Origin: an uncultured Solirubrobacterales bacterium
GTDB lineage: Bacteria > Actinomycetota > Thermoleophilia > Solirubrobacterales > 70-9
DNA: 64,000 nt
Assembly (NCBI GenBank): GCA_963704545.1
Contig: OY969915.1
Coordinates: 2,107,930-2,171,929 of the forward strand
Direction of reading: 5' to 3'
Shown one piece after another: positions 1-8,472 of this stretch; positions within the stretch are counted from its first letter, which is position 1; each line of letters starts with the position of its first letter. The translations under genes and the position numbers were made by a program. Under the pieces are notes generated by a model that had not been told where the DNA came from, made no database searches, and saw only the letters and a program-made list of their open reading frames with translations.

Positions 1-449
1 CCAAGCTCCAGATCGGTGACTGCGTGCTCGTCGATCACCTCGACTCCGAGGTTCGAAGCGGCCTCGGCGAGAGCGTTCTCGAGCTTGCCGCGGTCCAGCT
101 GATAGGTGCGCAGCGGAGAGAACCTGCTGAGGCCGATCTCGGGGCGCCGCGAGATATCCGAGTTCGCCCCCGCAGAGGAGAAGATCCTCAGGCTGAACTT
201 GCGGATCTGCTCCTCCTCCATGTGTCGCTTGAAGTCGATCGACTCCTTCAGGTAGTGCGAACCGATCTCGGCGGCGGACTCTCCCACCTTGAACGCCACC
301 TCCGGCACCGGCAACGACCGCTTCTCGACCACTGCGATGCTGGTCTCTGGCCGCATCTGCTTGAGCTGGAGCGCCGCGGTAAGCCCCGCCAGGCCCCCAC
401 CAGCGACGAAGACGTCGCAATTGGCCGGGTTTTTCGTCACAGTGCTCAT
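1..449 (-). CDS. FAD-dependent oxidoreductase, flavin-halogenase/geranylgeranyl-reductase-like (N-terminal part; gene runs off the window)
   Basis: Own translation of the minus strand from ATG at 449 gives MSTVTKNPANCDVFVAGGGLAGLTAALQL..., a GxGxxG Rossmann motif, followed by FKVGES resembling the K..GES motif of non-Trp flavin halogenases. It is absent from the ORF track because it is cut by the window edge. Confidence 0.6.
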   Translation of the reverse strand, partial: MSTVTKNPANCDVFVAGGGLAGLTAALQLKQMRPETSIAVVEKRSLPVPEVAFKVGESAAEIGSHYLKESIDFKRHMEEEQIRKFSLRIFSSAGANSDISRRPEIGLSRFSPLRTYQLDRGKLENALAEAASNLGVEVIDEHAVTDLEL

Positions 450-514
450 CGACCGGACCGTACACACGTCAACGCACGCGATCAACGCCATGATCGGGGG
501 CACGGAGTAGCCGA

Positions 515-1759
515 ATGCCGGACCAGACAGCTCATTCACTGCCGTTCGACGTATCGGAGACGCTGAAGCGCAGCGAGTCGATCCGCCGCGAACGCCGCGA
601 GGTGCGGGCGCGAATCAGCGAATACCTGGAGGACCCCCTGATCGCGCGTCTGCACGAAGAAGCTATGAGCGCCGGGTCGTTCGTTCCCATCACGCTCGAC
701 CTGACGCATGTGTGCCAGCTGAGATGCGACGGCTGCTACTTCTTCTCCGAACAGCTGGACAACTCGAAGGCGCCCAAAGACGAGGCCGTCTTTGTCGAGT
801 TTGTCCGGCGCGAGCGGGCACGGGGCACGAACTTCATAACGGTGCTCGGAGGCGAGCCGAGCCTTCAGCTGGAGCGCCTCAAAATCCTCCACGAAAACTT
901 CCGCTGCACCACGGTCACGAACGGCCTGCGCAGGATCCCTCGAGAGGGATTCGAGGGCATGGGAATCGCCGTGTCGGTCTGGGGCGACCACGAGATCGAT
1001 CGGGATCTTCGCGGCGCGGGAAAGATCGACGTCTTCGCCAGGGCGCTCAGAAACTACAAGGACGATCCGCGCGTCACCTTCTATTTCACCGTCAGCAACG
1101 CAAACGCCGACGGCATCGAGAGCGCCGTCGACGAGATCGTCGAAAACGGAAACCTCGTCGCCTTCAGCTTCTACGAGGACTGGGCCAACCGGGGCGGGGA
1201 GTTCGACCAGACGAAGGGATACGCCCGAGCACTTCGAGAGATCTACCGGATGATCGACAAGCATCCCGCACAGATCGTGACCACTGCCTACATGGCGGAG
1301 GTCGCCGCCGGGCGGAAGATGCTCGATCTGACCTGGGGCCACGACATGTGTCCCGTGGTCAGCTCCGGGTACAACCCGGAGCTCGACGAGTGGCACGGCT
1401 CCGCGAAGTGGCGCCGGCGGAACAAGGAACGGCTCTCCAACGGCCAGCCATACCACCCCAACCACCGCGCCATCATGCCGGACCTCGAGTCCGTTCGGCG
1501 TTGCGCGGTCGGCGAGGAGAGCGACTGCTCCAAGTGCCACAACGCCTACGCCCGATACGTGTGGGTCATGCTGAACCGCAACAAGCACACGCGGACCCGC
1601 CAGGACTTCGTCAACTGGGTGACGAGTGCATGGACGTTCTGCCTCGGGACCGGCGTCATCGACCGGGATAGGGCATCCGAGGTGCTCCCGGAGGTCCACG
1701 AGCTGACGCGCTCAGCCCGGGACGAGAGCCTCATGGCCGACCGCGTTCACACCGACTGA
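515..1759 (+). CDS. radical SAM enzyme with a C-terminal Cys cluster (possible auxiliary Fe-S/SPASM-like region)
   Basis: CQLRCDGCYF is a CX3CX2C radical SAM motif. The C-terminal part contains CAVGEESDCSKC (CX7CX2C). The gene is divergent from the FAD enzyme across a 65-bp spacer. Confidence 0.75.
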   Translation: MPDQTAHSLPFDVSETLKRSESIRRERREVRARISEYLEDPLIARLHEEAMSAGSFVPITLDLTHVCQLRCDGCYFFSEQLDNSKAPKDEAVFVEFVRRERARGTNFITVLGGEPSLQLERLKILHENFRCTTVTNGLRRIPREGFEGMGIAVSVWGDHEIDRDLRGAGKIDVFARALRNYKDDPRVTFYFTVSNANADGIESAVDEIVENGNLVAFSFYEDWANRGGEFDQTKGYARALREIYRMIDKHPAQIVTTAYMAEVAAGRKMLDLTWGHDMCPVVSSGYNPELDEWHGSAKWRRRNKERLSNGQPYHPNHRAIMPDLESVRRCAVGEESDCSKCHNAYARYVWVMLNRNKHTRTRQDFVNWVTSAWTFCLGTGVIDRDRASEVLPEVHELTRSARDESLMADRVHTD

Positions 1760-1802
1760 CAGAAGGTCCCCCGGCTGGGTAGAGCACCCCGGCGTCCTGG
1801 GA

Positions 1803-1955
1803 TCAGCAAAACATCCGAATCGTGCCGTCGTCAGGGTCTTTGTAAACGGAGAGAGACTCATCCTCTGTCACGGATGGTCTTTTCCGACCATTTTGGCCAT
1901 AGCGCCACAGACCCAGCAGTAGCACAAGCAGTCCCAGCAATAGCCATCGTCTCAA
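1803..1955 (-). CDS. hypothetical 50-aa membrane-anchored peptide (speculative)
   Basis: Own translation gives (TTG)RRWLLLGLLVLLLGLWRYGQNGRKRPSVTEDESLSVYKDPDDGTIRMFC*. The TTG start overlaps the TGA stop of the upstream LmbU-like gene (TTGA). It is too short for the ORF track and its codon usage is A/T-rich. Confidence 0.25.
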   Translation of the reverse strand: MRRWLLLGLLVLLLGLWRYGQNGRKRPSVTEDESLSVYKDPDDGTIRMFC

Positions 1956-2536
1956 GGATCAGCTACCTCGAATTCGTGCTGGCACTCCGGGCAGACCACC
2001 TTCCCGGTGGCTGCATTGTCCGTGCCGGACGGTGCTGGGGATCCGTCAGGATCGCTCTTGCCGTCATTGCGTCGAGCAGCGCGAAGCTCGGTTCGCAGGT
2101 CGGATACCGACATCTTCTCCGATTCAGCGAGGTCAAGCCACCGTTCTTGATCGACGGGCTGAAGAGCGCTGATCTCGGCGTGATGACTCCACGTCAGACC
2201 ATCCCGACGTCGGGATGCCTCGACCCTTCCCGCCACGTAGGCGAAATTCCTCAGGCTCTGAATGTCGTAGCCGGTGATCTGGGAGACCTCCTTGTACTTT
2301 TCCCCCCAGCGCTTCGTCCCGTACCGAATCCAGTCTCCAAGCCACCACTGGCTACAGCGGGTCATCGCACCAAGGCGCTTCCCCGCGTGAATCCATTCGT
2401 GGACATCGATGTCTTTGGCGGGCATCCAGGCAACAGACGAAGTCACCCCTGCCTGTCGCGCACCCGCCGGGCGCTCACGCGCCTGGGGATTTGCCTCTCT
2501 CACCACCACCCCTGCAGCCATTCGGACATTTTGCAC
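1952..2536 (-). CDS. LmbU-family-like transcriptional regulator with a C-terminal CxxC zinc-ribbon-like tail
   Basis: SQWWLGDWIRYG...YDIQSLRNFAYVAGRV..SRRR..LTWSHHAEISAL matches my memory of the LmbU family signature. The C-terminus contains KVVCPECQHEF. Confidence 0.6.
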   Translation of the reverse strand: MQNVRMAAGVVVREANPQARERPAGARQAGVTSSVAWMPAKDIDVHEWIHAGKRLGAMTRCSQWWLGDWIRYGTKRWGEKYKEVSQITGYDIQSLRNFAYVAGRVEASRRRDGLTWSHHAEISALQPVDQERWLDLAESEKMSVSDLRTELRAARRNDGKSDPDGSPAPSGTDNAATGKVVCPECQHEFEVADP

Positions 2537-2616
2537 TATTCAAGGAGTTCATAGTGTTGCTATGTGACTCATTCCTCAGGGTATGATGAGGCAGACTGCC
2601 GCATAAACATAGGGGT

Positions 2617-3843
2617 TTACGCGGATCCTCCACCATTCCCCTTCGACCACGGCGTTTGGTCAGGGAGAGTCACCAACTCCTCCAGGCTAAGCGCAACCTG
2701 CAGCTGAGCATTGCATATGTCGATAGGTTGACCGAGCCTCTCTTCGATTCTTCGAAGGTGACGTTCAACGGTTTGGCGAGCTACATTGAGCGCCGAGGCC
2801 GCGCTGACAATATTTCGATTTGCACCGAAATAGGCCCGCAAGGTCCTCCGAAGAACGTCGCCGCGGTCGTTGCGTCCCTCATCCAGGGGGGCCAGATAGG
2901 TTTCGATCAATGATGAAGCCAGGTACGGATCACGGAGCACCGCCGATTCCAAGATGACATCACGGCACCTCGTGAGCGGCTGGGGTCGATAGAGCATGAT
3001 CTGAAGAGCCGCCTGCGCTTCACGAAAGGTTTGGTGCCATCCCTTCAGGCCCTTTCGGGGATCGCCGATTGCCACCGACATCCCCCTTGGCGTACCTTCA
3101 TTCAAGAGACGGTCTAGTTCGACGATGTCGAAGTCTCGAGTGCTGGCGAGCCATGCCCAAACCGTGTCACTATCACGCACTACGATCAAGGATCGGCATC
3201 CAGCTCTCCGTGCCAGCGCACGGGCAGTCCTTTCACCCTCGCAACCCATGAGCACCATGCCGACGTGCCAGACATCGAAGTCATAGTCAAGGTCGACAGG
3301 CGGCACGACAATTTCGCCTTCAAGCAGCTGAATGATGCGGTCCCCTTCCCTCTGGGTGGATGAGCGCCCCGCCTGCTCATACTCATCCCTGTATTCGGCG
3401 GCAACCGACTCCATCATCAGGTCAAAGTGTGGACCCTGATCGCTCAGTATTTGACAGAGCAGCCGACTTGGTATGCCATCGGCCTCAGAGATGGCAAACC
3501 CCTCCAGCGTCTTGTTTCCGGCTGCGTAGCGCCGAAGAACGGTGTCCAGCCTAACTCCTTCCTGGGCTGCCCGGCGAGCCTGTCGGGCAGTCTCAGGTGG
3601 AATTGGCAAGGGCGACCCCCGGCCCTTCTCGATGCCCTCCAGTCCGTAGCTCAATGCCTCCGTGACGGTGCGCTGAAGACCAACGACATAGGTGGGATCC
3701 TCATTACTGACAGGATCGGACATGCTCTGAATTCGGTTGAAGACCGCCTGTTCGATCTCGAGCCTGCGGGAACGCAATCGAGCGGCGAGATCAGCCCGAA
3801 TCGCTTGCGGTGATTTTTCCGGACTGCTCTTGGACCGGGTCAT
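2617..3843 (-). CDS. PucR/CdaR-family transcriptional regulator
   Basis: The C-terminal region LRRTLRAYFGANRNIVSAASALNVARQTVERHLRRIEERLG is a PucR-type HTH. The gene is visibly less GC-rich than its neighbours. Confidence 0.75.
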   Translation of the reverse strand: MTRSKSSPEKSPQAIRADLAARLRSRRLEIEQAVFNRIQSMSDPVSNEDPTYVVGLQRTVTEALSYGLEGIEKGRGSPLPIPPETARQARRAAQEGVRLDTVLRRYAAGNKTLEGFAISEADGIPSRLLCQILSDQGPHFDLMMESVAAEYRDEYEQAGRSSTQREGDRIIQLLEGEIVVPPVDLDYDFDVWHVGMVLMGCEGERTARALARRAGCRSLIVVRDSDTVWAWLASTRDFDIVELDRLLNEGTPRGMSVAIGDPRKGLKGWHQTFREAQAALQIMLYRPQPLTRCRDVILESAVLRDPYLASSLIETYLAPLDEGRNDRGDVLRRTLRAYFGANRNIVSAASALNVARQTVERHLRRIEERLGQPIDICNAQLQVALSLEELVTLPDQTPWSKGNGGGSA

Positions 3844-4143
3844 GAGACGACAGCTCGCTGTATAGGGCGGTTTACCCCCTCCCCGAAGGAAACTGGCGGA
3901 AGAGAGGCGGGTCAGGCAAAGGCACGTCCCTCACCTTCGCGAGAGGATGTCCGTATCCCTTTACCTCCACGTCGTTGAAATCCCGAGGGTCTATTGCAAG
4001 CACGGCAGAATCGGAATCAATCCGATGTCACGATTGCTCAAAGGGGCCCAAGCATAACAAAGGCGGAACCGCACGATCAGACCGTTGCGACGACTCCTAT
4101 ACACACGCAACTGACCCGATGCCGTGCAGCCCGCTGGCGAAAG

Positions 4144-4693
4144 GTCGATAATCGCGGCATCAAGGGGGAAGAGTGGACAGCCGATGAGGAGAACGTCCAG
4201 CGCTACCTCGCCCGCGCGGACGAGTTCCCGCACCGGCTGGAGGGAGAGGGCGTTCTGCTCGAGCACGTGCCGCGGGGGGTTCGTCGCGTGCTCGACCTCG
4301 GCACGGGCGACGGGCGTCTGCTCGCCCTCCTGCAGGCCGATCGTCCCGAGATGGCCGGCGTGGGAGTCGACTTCTCCGAGTTGATGCTCGGGACAGCGCG
4401 AGCGCTTCGCGGACGACGCGCGCATCGAACTCGCCGAGCACGACCTCGCAGAGCCGCTTCCGCCGCTCGGGCGCTTCGACGCCGTCGTCTCGTCGTTCGC
4501 CATCCACCACCTCGAGCACGAGCGCAAGCGCTCGCTGTACGGGGAGGTGTTCGAGCTGCTCGAGCCCGGCGGGGTCTTCGCCAACTTCGAGCACGTGGCC
4601 TCGCCCACCCAGCGGCTGCACCTGGCGTTCTTCGCCGCGATCGAGGAGCCGATCGAGAACGAGGACCCCTCCGACCGGGCTGGCGTCGCATGA
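4144..4693 (+). pseudogene. class I SAM-dependent methyltransferase, frameshifted (start uncertain)
   Basis: Frame 1 reads ...[15 protein letters not shown]...[13 protein letters not shown] up to about 4398. The family-typical continuation [16 protein letters not shown]...[14 protein letters not shown]...LEPGGVF...* is in the +1 frame from 4400 and stops at 4691-4693. Confidence 0.6.
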
Positions 4694-5919
4694 GCCGCTG
4701 CGGTGCTGCCATGCTCGCGGCTCTGGCCGCCCTGGCACTGCTCTCCTCGCAACCGACCGCGGCGCAGGGAAAGACCACGATCGGCTTCTGGGCCGGCGAG
4801 GCCGTTCCCGGCACGAACTGGGACGAACCCGAGACCTACTGGAACCGGCGCGACACCAGCTTCTACACCCCCCAGCTCTGGAGCGTCCTGCGCGAGAACC
4901 GGATTCCCCTCTACTTCAACCTCCGCTACCGGCGGGACTTCGGTCCGGTGCCCCCGGGCATGCCCCACCGCAAGGACGGGCTGGCGATCGTCCGCAAGGC
5001 CAACCGGCTCGGTGTGTCGGTCTGGGCGTGGATCCTCGTCCCCTACACCTCTGGCTACTGGTCGTGGGACGGCGCGGCGGCGGAGCACTTCGATGCCGTC
5101 AAGGCACTTGCCAGCTGGGCACGGGAGAGGCATGTCCAGCTGCGTGGCGTCGTCCTCGACCCCGAGCCCCAGCTCAACACGCCCTTCGAGACGACGGCGG
5201 CATTGATGGGTGGCGGTACCGGCGCTGAGCTTCCGTCGCTCCTTCAGCGCACTATCGACCCAGCCGGCCAGTGCGCGGCCTGGCAGGGGTACGCCCGCAT
5301 CGCGCGCTGGGCCAGGAGCCACCGCGTCCGCCTCGCGGCCGCACCGGCGCCGCTGGCGCTCGACGACATCGAAGACGGCCGCCTGACGCTCCAGGACGCG
5401 GCCGGGTTCGTCGTGCCGAACGCCGGCTGGCACGCGCTCTTCTTCCAGGCCTACCGCAGCGTCTTCTCCTACTACCTGGGGCACGACCCCGGATCGGGCA
5501 TCGTCTCGTCCTACTTTCGCTCGGCCCGGGGCGAGTTCGGCGAAACGGGCCAGGTCAGCCTCGGCAGCTCCGGCCGCGGCCCGTACCGGCGCTTCTCGCG
5601 CCTCGTTCGCGACGTCCGCCTGGCAGCGACGCTCGGCGCCCGCCACGTGCCGATCTACTCGCTTGAGCGGACCCTGAGGGCCTACGGCGGGCCCCGTTCG
5701 GTGGTCCGGCTGGCCGAGGCCGCGGATCGTCCCTTCACCGGATCCGGGCGGGCCAGGGCGTCCGCGCCCACACCCCGGGCCAGGGCGGTCCGGGCGGGGA
5801 TCCGGCGCGTCGACGCAGCAACCCTGGCCGCCACCTCGCTGGCCACCGACGGCAACGGTACCCCCCTGCTCCCCAACTCCTGGCCCTACGGCTGCGGCAG
5901 CTGGGTGCCGCTCGAATAG
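4690..5919 (+). CDS. secreted hypothetical protein (signal peptide; function unknown)
   Basis: ATG at 4690 overlaps the methyltransferase stop (ATGA). The N-terminus [27 protein letters not shown] looks like a signal peptide. The track entry 3994..5919 is a read-through of this frame. Confidence 0.6.
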   Translation: MSRCGAAMLAALAALALLSSQPTAAQGKTTIGFWAGEAVPGTNWDEPETYWNRRDTSFYTPQLWSVLRENRIPLYFNLRYRRDFGPVPPGMPHRKDGLAIVRKANRLGVSVWAWILVPYTSGYWSWDGAAAEHFDAVKALASWARERHVQLRGVVLDPEPQLNTPFETTAALMGGGTGAELPSLLQRTIDPAGQCAAWQGYARIARWARSHRVRLAAAPAPLALDDIEDGRLTLQDAAGFVVPNAGWHALFFQAYRSVFSYYLGHDPGSGIVSSYFRSARGEFGETGQVSLGSSGRGPYRRFSRLVRDVRLAATLGARHVPIYSLERTLRAYGGPRSVVRLAEAADRPFTGSGRARASAPTPRARAVRAGIRRVDAATLAATSLATDGNGTPLLPNSWPYGCGSWVPLE

Positions 5920-5929
5920 CGGAATTTCG

Positions 5930-6811
5930 TCAGGCTCCCATACGCCTAGCTCGTTCGACCAGGCTGTCGAGGGTATCGCCGTCCTCCAGGACCGCAAGGC
6001 CGACGGCGGTCGAAGCGCCGGGGTGGCGCTTGGTGGCGCTGGAGCGCGCGACCTCGATCCGGCGGCCGACATCCTCCTGGGCAATCTCGGCGACGGCGCA
6101 GGCGAACTCGTTGTCGAGCCAGCGAACGATCGGGTCATAGGGGCGAAGCGTCGCCTGAAGGGCACGAAAGAGATCGCGAGCGAGGCCGTCATCGATGGCG
6201 CCGTCGTGACGAGCGCCGACCTGCCCGGGCCCGTCGATGCAGACGAAACCGAGCGTCAGCGTCAGCTTCGCGCTCTGGGCGCGCTCAACCTCGTGCCGGA
6301 GGAGCACCTCCCCGGTCCGCCTCCCGTAGGCCCCGGTCGACTCGTCGACGTGGGAGCTCTCTATCTCGCCCATCAGCAGTTCCCTGTCGCGCGCCGCATC
6401 TTCCCGATCGCGGGCAGCGCGTTCGCGGTCCCTGGCTGCGCTTGCCCTGGCAGCGGCAGCGGTGGCCCTGGCGACAGCGGCCACCTTGGCCGCGGGGCTG
6501 TTCTTGCCGAATTCGCCGGCCATCTCCTCGGCAACCTCGTCCACCTCCTCGGCCTCACGATCGCGGGCGGCGGCGACCTCGTCGCGGTGCCGCGCCTGCT
6601 CGTCGCGCTCGGAGCCGACCTGGGCACGGACCGCGGTGGTCGCCATCCGGGCCATCGTCCCCTCTCCTCGACTGACCTGGGCCTGCTCGCGAGCTCGTAG
6701 GCGGGTCGAGTCGGGAGACCGGTCAGCCTCCCACTCTCGGTCGGAGGCGGCCTGGTCGCGGTCGGATACACGCTGGTCGGCTTCAGAGGCAGCCTGGTCG
6801 CGGTCGGCCAA
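5930..6811 (-). CDS. degenerate GGDEF-like domain protein with coiled-coil/charged N-terminus
   Basis: DESTGAYGRRTGEVLL..ERAQ..KLTLTLGFVCIDG...DPIVRWLDNEFACAV follows the GGDEF fold pattern, but the GGDEF motif is replaced by LDNEF. The best RBS (AGGAGAGGGG) precedes an internal ATG at 6655, so the real CDS may be 5930..6655. Confidence 0.55.
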   Translation of the reverse strand: MADRDQAASEADQRVSDRDQAASDREWEADRSPDSTRLRAREQAQVSRGEGTMARMATTAVRAQVGSERDEQARHRDEVAAARDREAEEVDEVAEEMAGEFGKNSPAAKVAAVARATAAAARASAARDRERAARDREDAARDRELLMGEIESSHVDESTGAYGRRTGEVLLRHEVERAQSAKLTLTLGFVCIDGPGQVGARHDGAIDDGLARDLFRALQATLRPYDPIVRWLDNEFACAVAEIAQEDVGRRIEVARSSATKRHPGASTAVGLAVLEDGDTLDSLVERARRMGA

Positions 6812-6898
6812 ACTCTGGTCGGTGTCGGAGGCCGTCTGGTCGGAGTCGGCGGAGGTTTGGTCAAGCTCCGAAGCGGACTGATCGGCTTCGAGATGCGC
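6752..6898. repeat. seven tandem 21-bp repeats (CTGGTCG-type units)
   Basis: Unit starts fall at 6752, 6773, 6794, 6815, 6836, 6857 and 6878, with an exact 21-nt period. On the minus strand in the GGDEF-like frame they encode heptads of the form x-x-S-D/E-x-D-Q. Confidence 0.8.
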
Positions 6899-7065
6899 AG
6901 AGCGCGGGCGCCGGGGACCACGTGGATCGATGTTGTCCTCCCTCTTGGCCAGGAGGCTGCCCGATGGCGGGCTTTACCGATTGGCCGTATGTCGAGAGTA
7001 GCGCGGGCCCAAAAATATTGTTCAAAGCAAAACCGGCAAGGCCCCGGACGATCAGAGCGAAGCAG

Positions 7066-8472
7066 TTAGTCGGGGGGTGTCATTGCCTGAATTCGCCCGT
7101 CTTCGGCGGCCGACCGCAGGGCGGCGTAGTCGCGTTCGTTTTGATCTGCGTAGGTCTCGGCAAAAACCGCCATCGCCTTGTCGAACGTGTCTCCCTTGCC
7201 CAGGTAGGCGGCAATCGCGATGCGGTCGCCGCTGCGGGCGTGGGCGTGGGCGAGGGTCGTGCCGCAGATCTGAGCGTAGGCGGTGAGGGCGCGGGGGTCC
7301 ATGCGCTCGACCTTCACCGAGCCCTTCATGTCCCAGAGCTGGCGGACGTAGAAGTCGCGCCGCTGGCCGTCGATGCCGGTCGCCTTGACCCAGCCGAGCA
7401 TGATGTCGCTGGCGGCCTGGACCAGGCGCTGCCCCTGGACGACGCGCTCGCCCTGGTTCTCGAAGGCGCTCGGGGCGGCGTAGGGCTCCAGCACCGAGCG
7501 CTGGGCTTCCTTCACCTGGAGGAAGAGGGGGTCGCCGTCGTCGCGCCCCAGCATCAGCACGACCCAGGCGCGGGTGCCGACGCTGCCGACCCCGACAACC
7601 TTGAGCGCGGCGTCGACGAAGCGGTAGCTGTCGAGGAGCGCGCGGCGGTCCTCGGAGAGCGTGGCGCGGTAGTCGGCGAGGGTCTCCAGCACCCGCGCTT
7701 CGACGTCAGCTCCGGTCTCTTCAGCCAGCTCGTCGATCGGCACGATCAGGGGCGGTTCGCTGACGATGCGCAGCCTGCCGTCGACCTCGCGGGTGAGCTT
7801 GGAGAGGGCGCGCATCCTGTCCTTTGCCTGGGTCTTCGCCAGGTTGCGCCTGAAGGCCTCGTGCTCCTTCTCGCCAGCCGCGGCGCCCCAGCGCTCGGCA
7901 ACCGTCGGCACGTCCATCTTCGTGTACCAGACCTCGAGGTTGCCGAGCTCGGCCAGGCGGCGCATCGCCTCGCGGTACTCGGCCATCCCGGCGGCGACGA
8001 TCGCGGTCCGCTCGCCCCGCTTGAACCCGCTTTCGCGCCCGGCGACGGCGAAGCTCGCGGCGAGGCGCATCGCGTCCCACTCCCACGGCCCCGGCAGGGT
8101 CTCGTCGAAGTCGTTGACGTCGAAGACGAGCTCGCGGTCGGGCGAGGCGTAGGCGCCAAAGTTGGAGAGGTGGGCGTCGCCGCAGAGCTGCACGTCGAAG
8201 CCGCTGCGCGCCGCGCTTGCCAGGTCGGCGGCCATCACCGCCGCGGCACCGCGGTAGAAGGCGAATGGCGAGGCGAGCATCCGCGCGTAGCGGAGCGGCA
8301 CCAGCTGGCCGACCCGCGAGGTCGCCTGGGCCTCCAGAAGCTCGACCGGGTCGGACCGGTCGCTCGCCGGCGCCCACTCGCCGTGACTCGAGCGCGGGGC
8401 CCCGGCGCGGGCGGCCTTGCCGGTGGCGGCGCGCTCGGCCGGGGACCTAGGGCTCTGCAGCGGGTCGGACAT
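7066..8472 (-). CDS. DUF2252-family protein
   Basis: LVPLRYARMLASPFAFYRGAAAVMAADL...QLCGDAHLSNFG...VFDVNDFDET matches the DUF2252 pattern. Its ATG shares one nt with the MFS gene stop (TGATG). Confidence 0.8.
   Translation of the reverse strand: MSDPLQSPRSPAERAATGKAARAGAPRSSHGEWAPASDRSDPVELLEAQATSRVGQLVPLRYARMLASPFAFYRGAAAVMAADLASAARSGFDVQLCGDAHLSNFGAYASPDRELVFDVNDFDETLPGPWEWDAMRLAASFAVAGRESGFKRGERTAIVAAGMAEYREAMRRLAELGNLEVWYTKMDVPTVAERWGAAAGEKEHEAFRRNLAKTQAKDRMRALSKLTREVDGRLRIVSEPPLIVPIDELAEETGADVEARVLETLADYRATLSEDRRALLDSYRFVDAALKVVGVGSVGTRAWVVLMLGRDDGDPLFLQVKEAQRSVLEPYAAPSAFENQGERVVQGQRLVQAASDIMLGWVKATGIDGQRRDFYVRQLWDMKGSVKVERMDPRALTAYAQICGTTLAHAHARSGDRIAIAAYLGKGDTFDKAMAVFAETYADQNERDYAALRSAAEDGRIQAMTPPD

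Noticed and set aside
3844-4170. A possible SAM riboswitch or other leader RNA in the ORF-poor, lower-GC stretch upstream of the methyltransferase.
   Set aside because: I could not find the conserved SAM-I core elements or a convincing multi-stem structure by eye. There is only a vague AGAGAGGCGG resemblance. A covariance-model scan would be needed.
3991-6192. A 733-aa minus-strand ORF, together with the 641-aa plus-strand ORF 3994..5919 treated as a single protein.
   Set aside because: The minus ORF is Arg/Ala/Gly/Pro-rich shadow sequence opposite real genes. The plus ORF is a read-through that fuses the 5' half of a frameshifted methyltransferase, out-of-frame junk and the genuine secreted protein starting at 4690.
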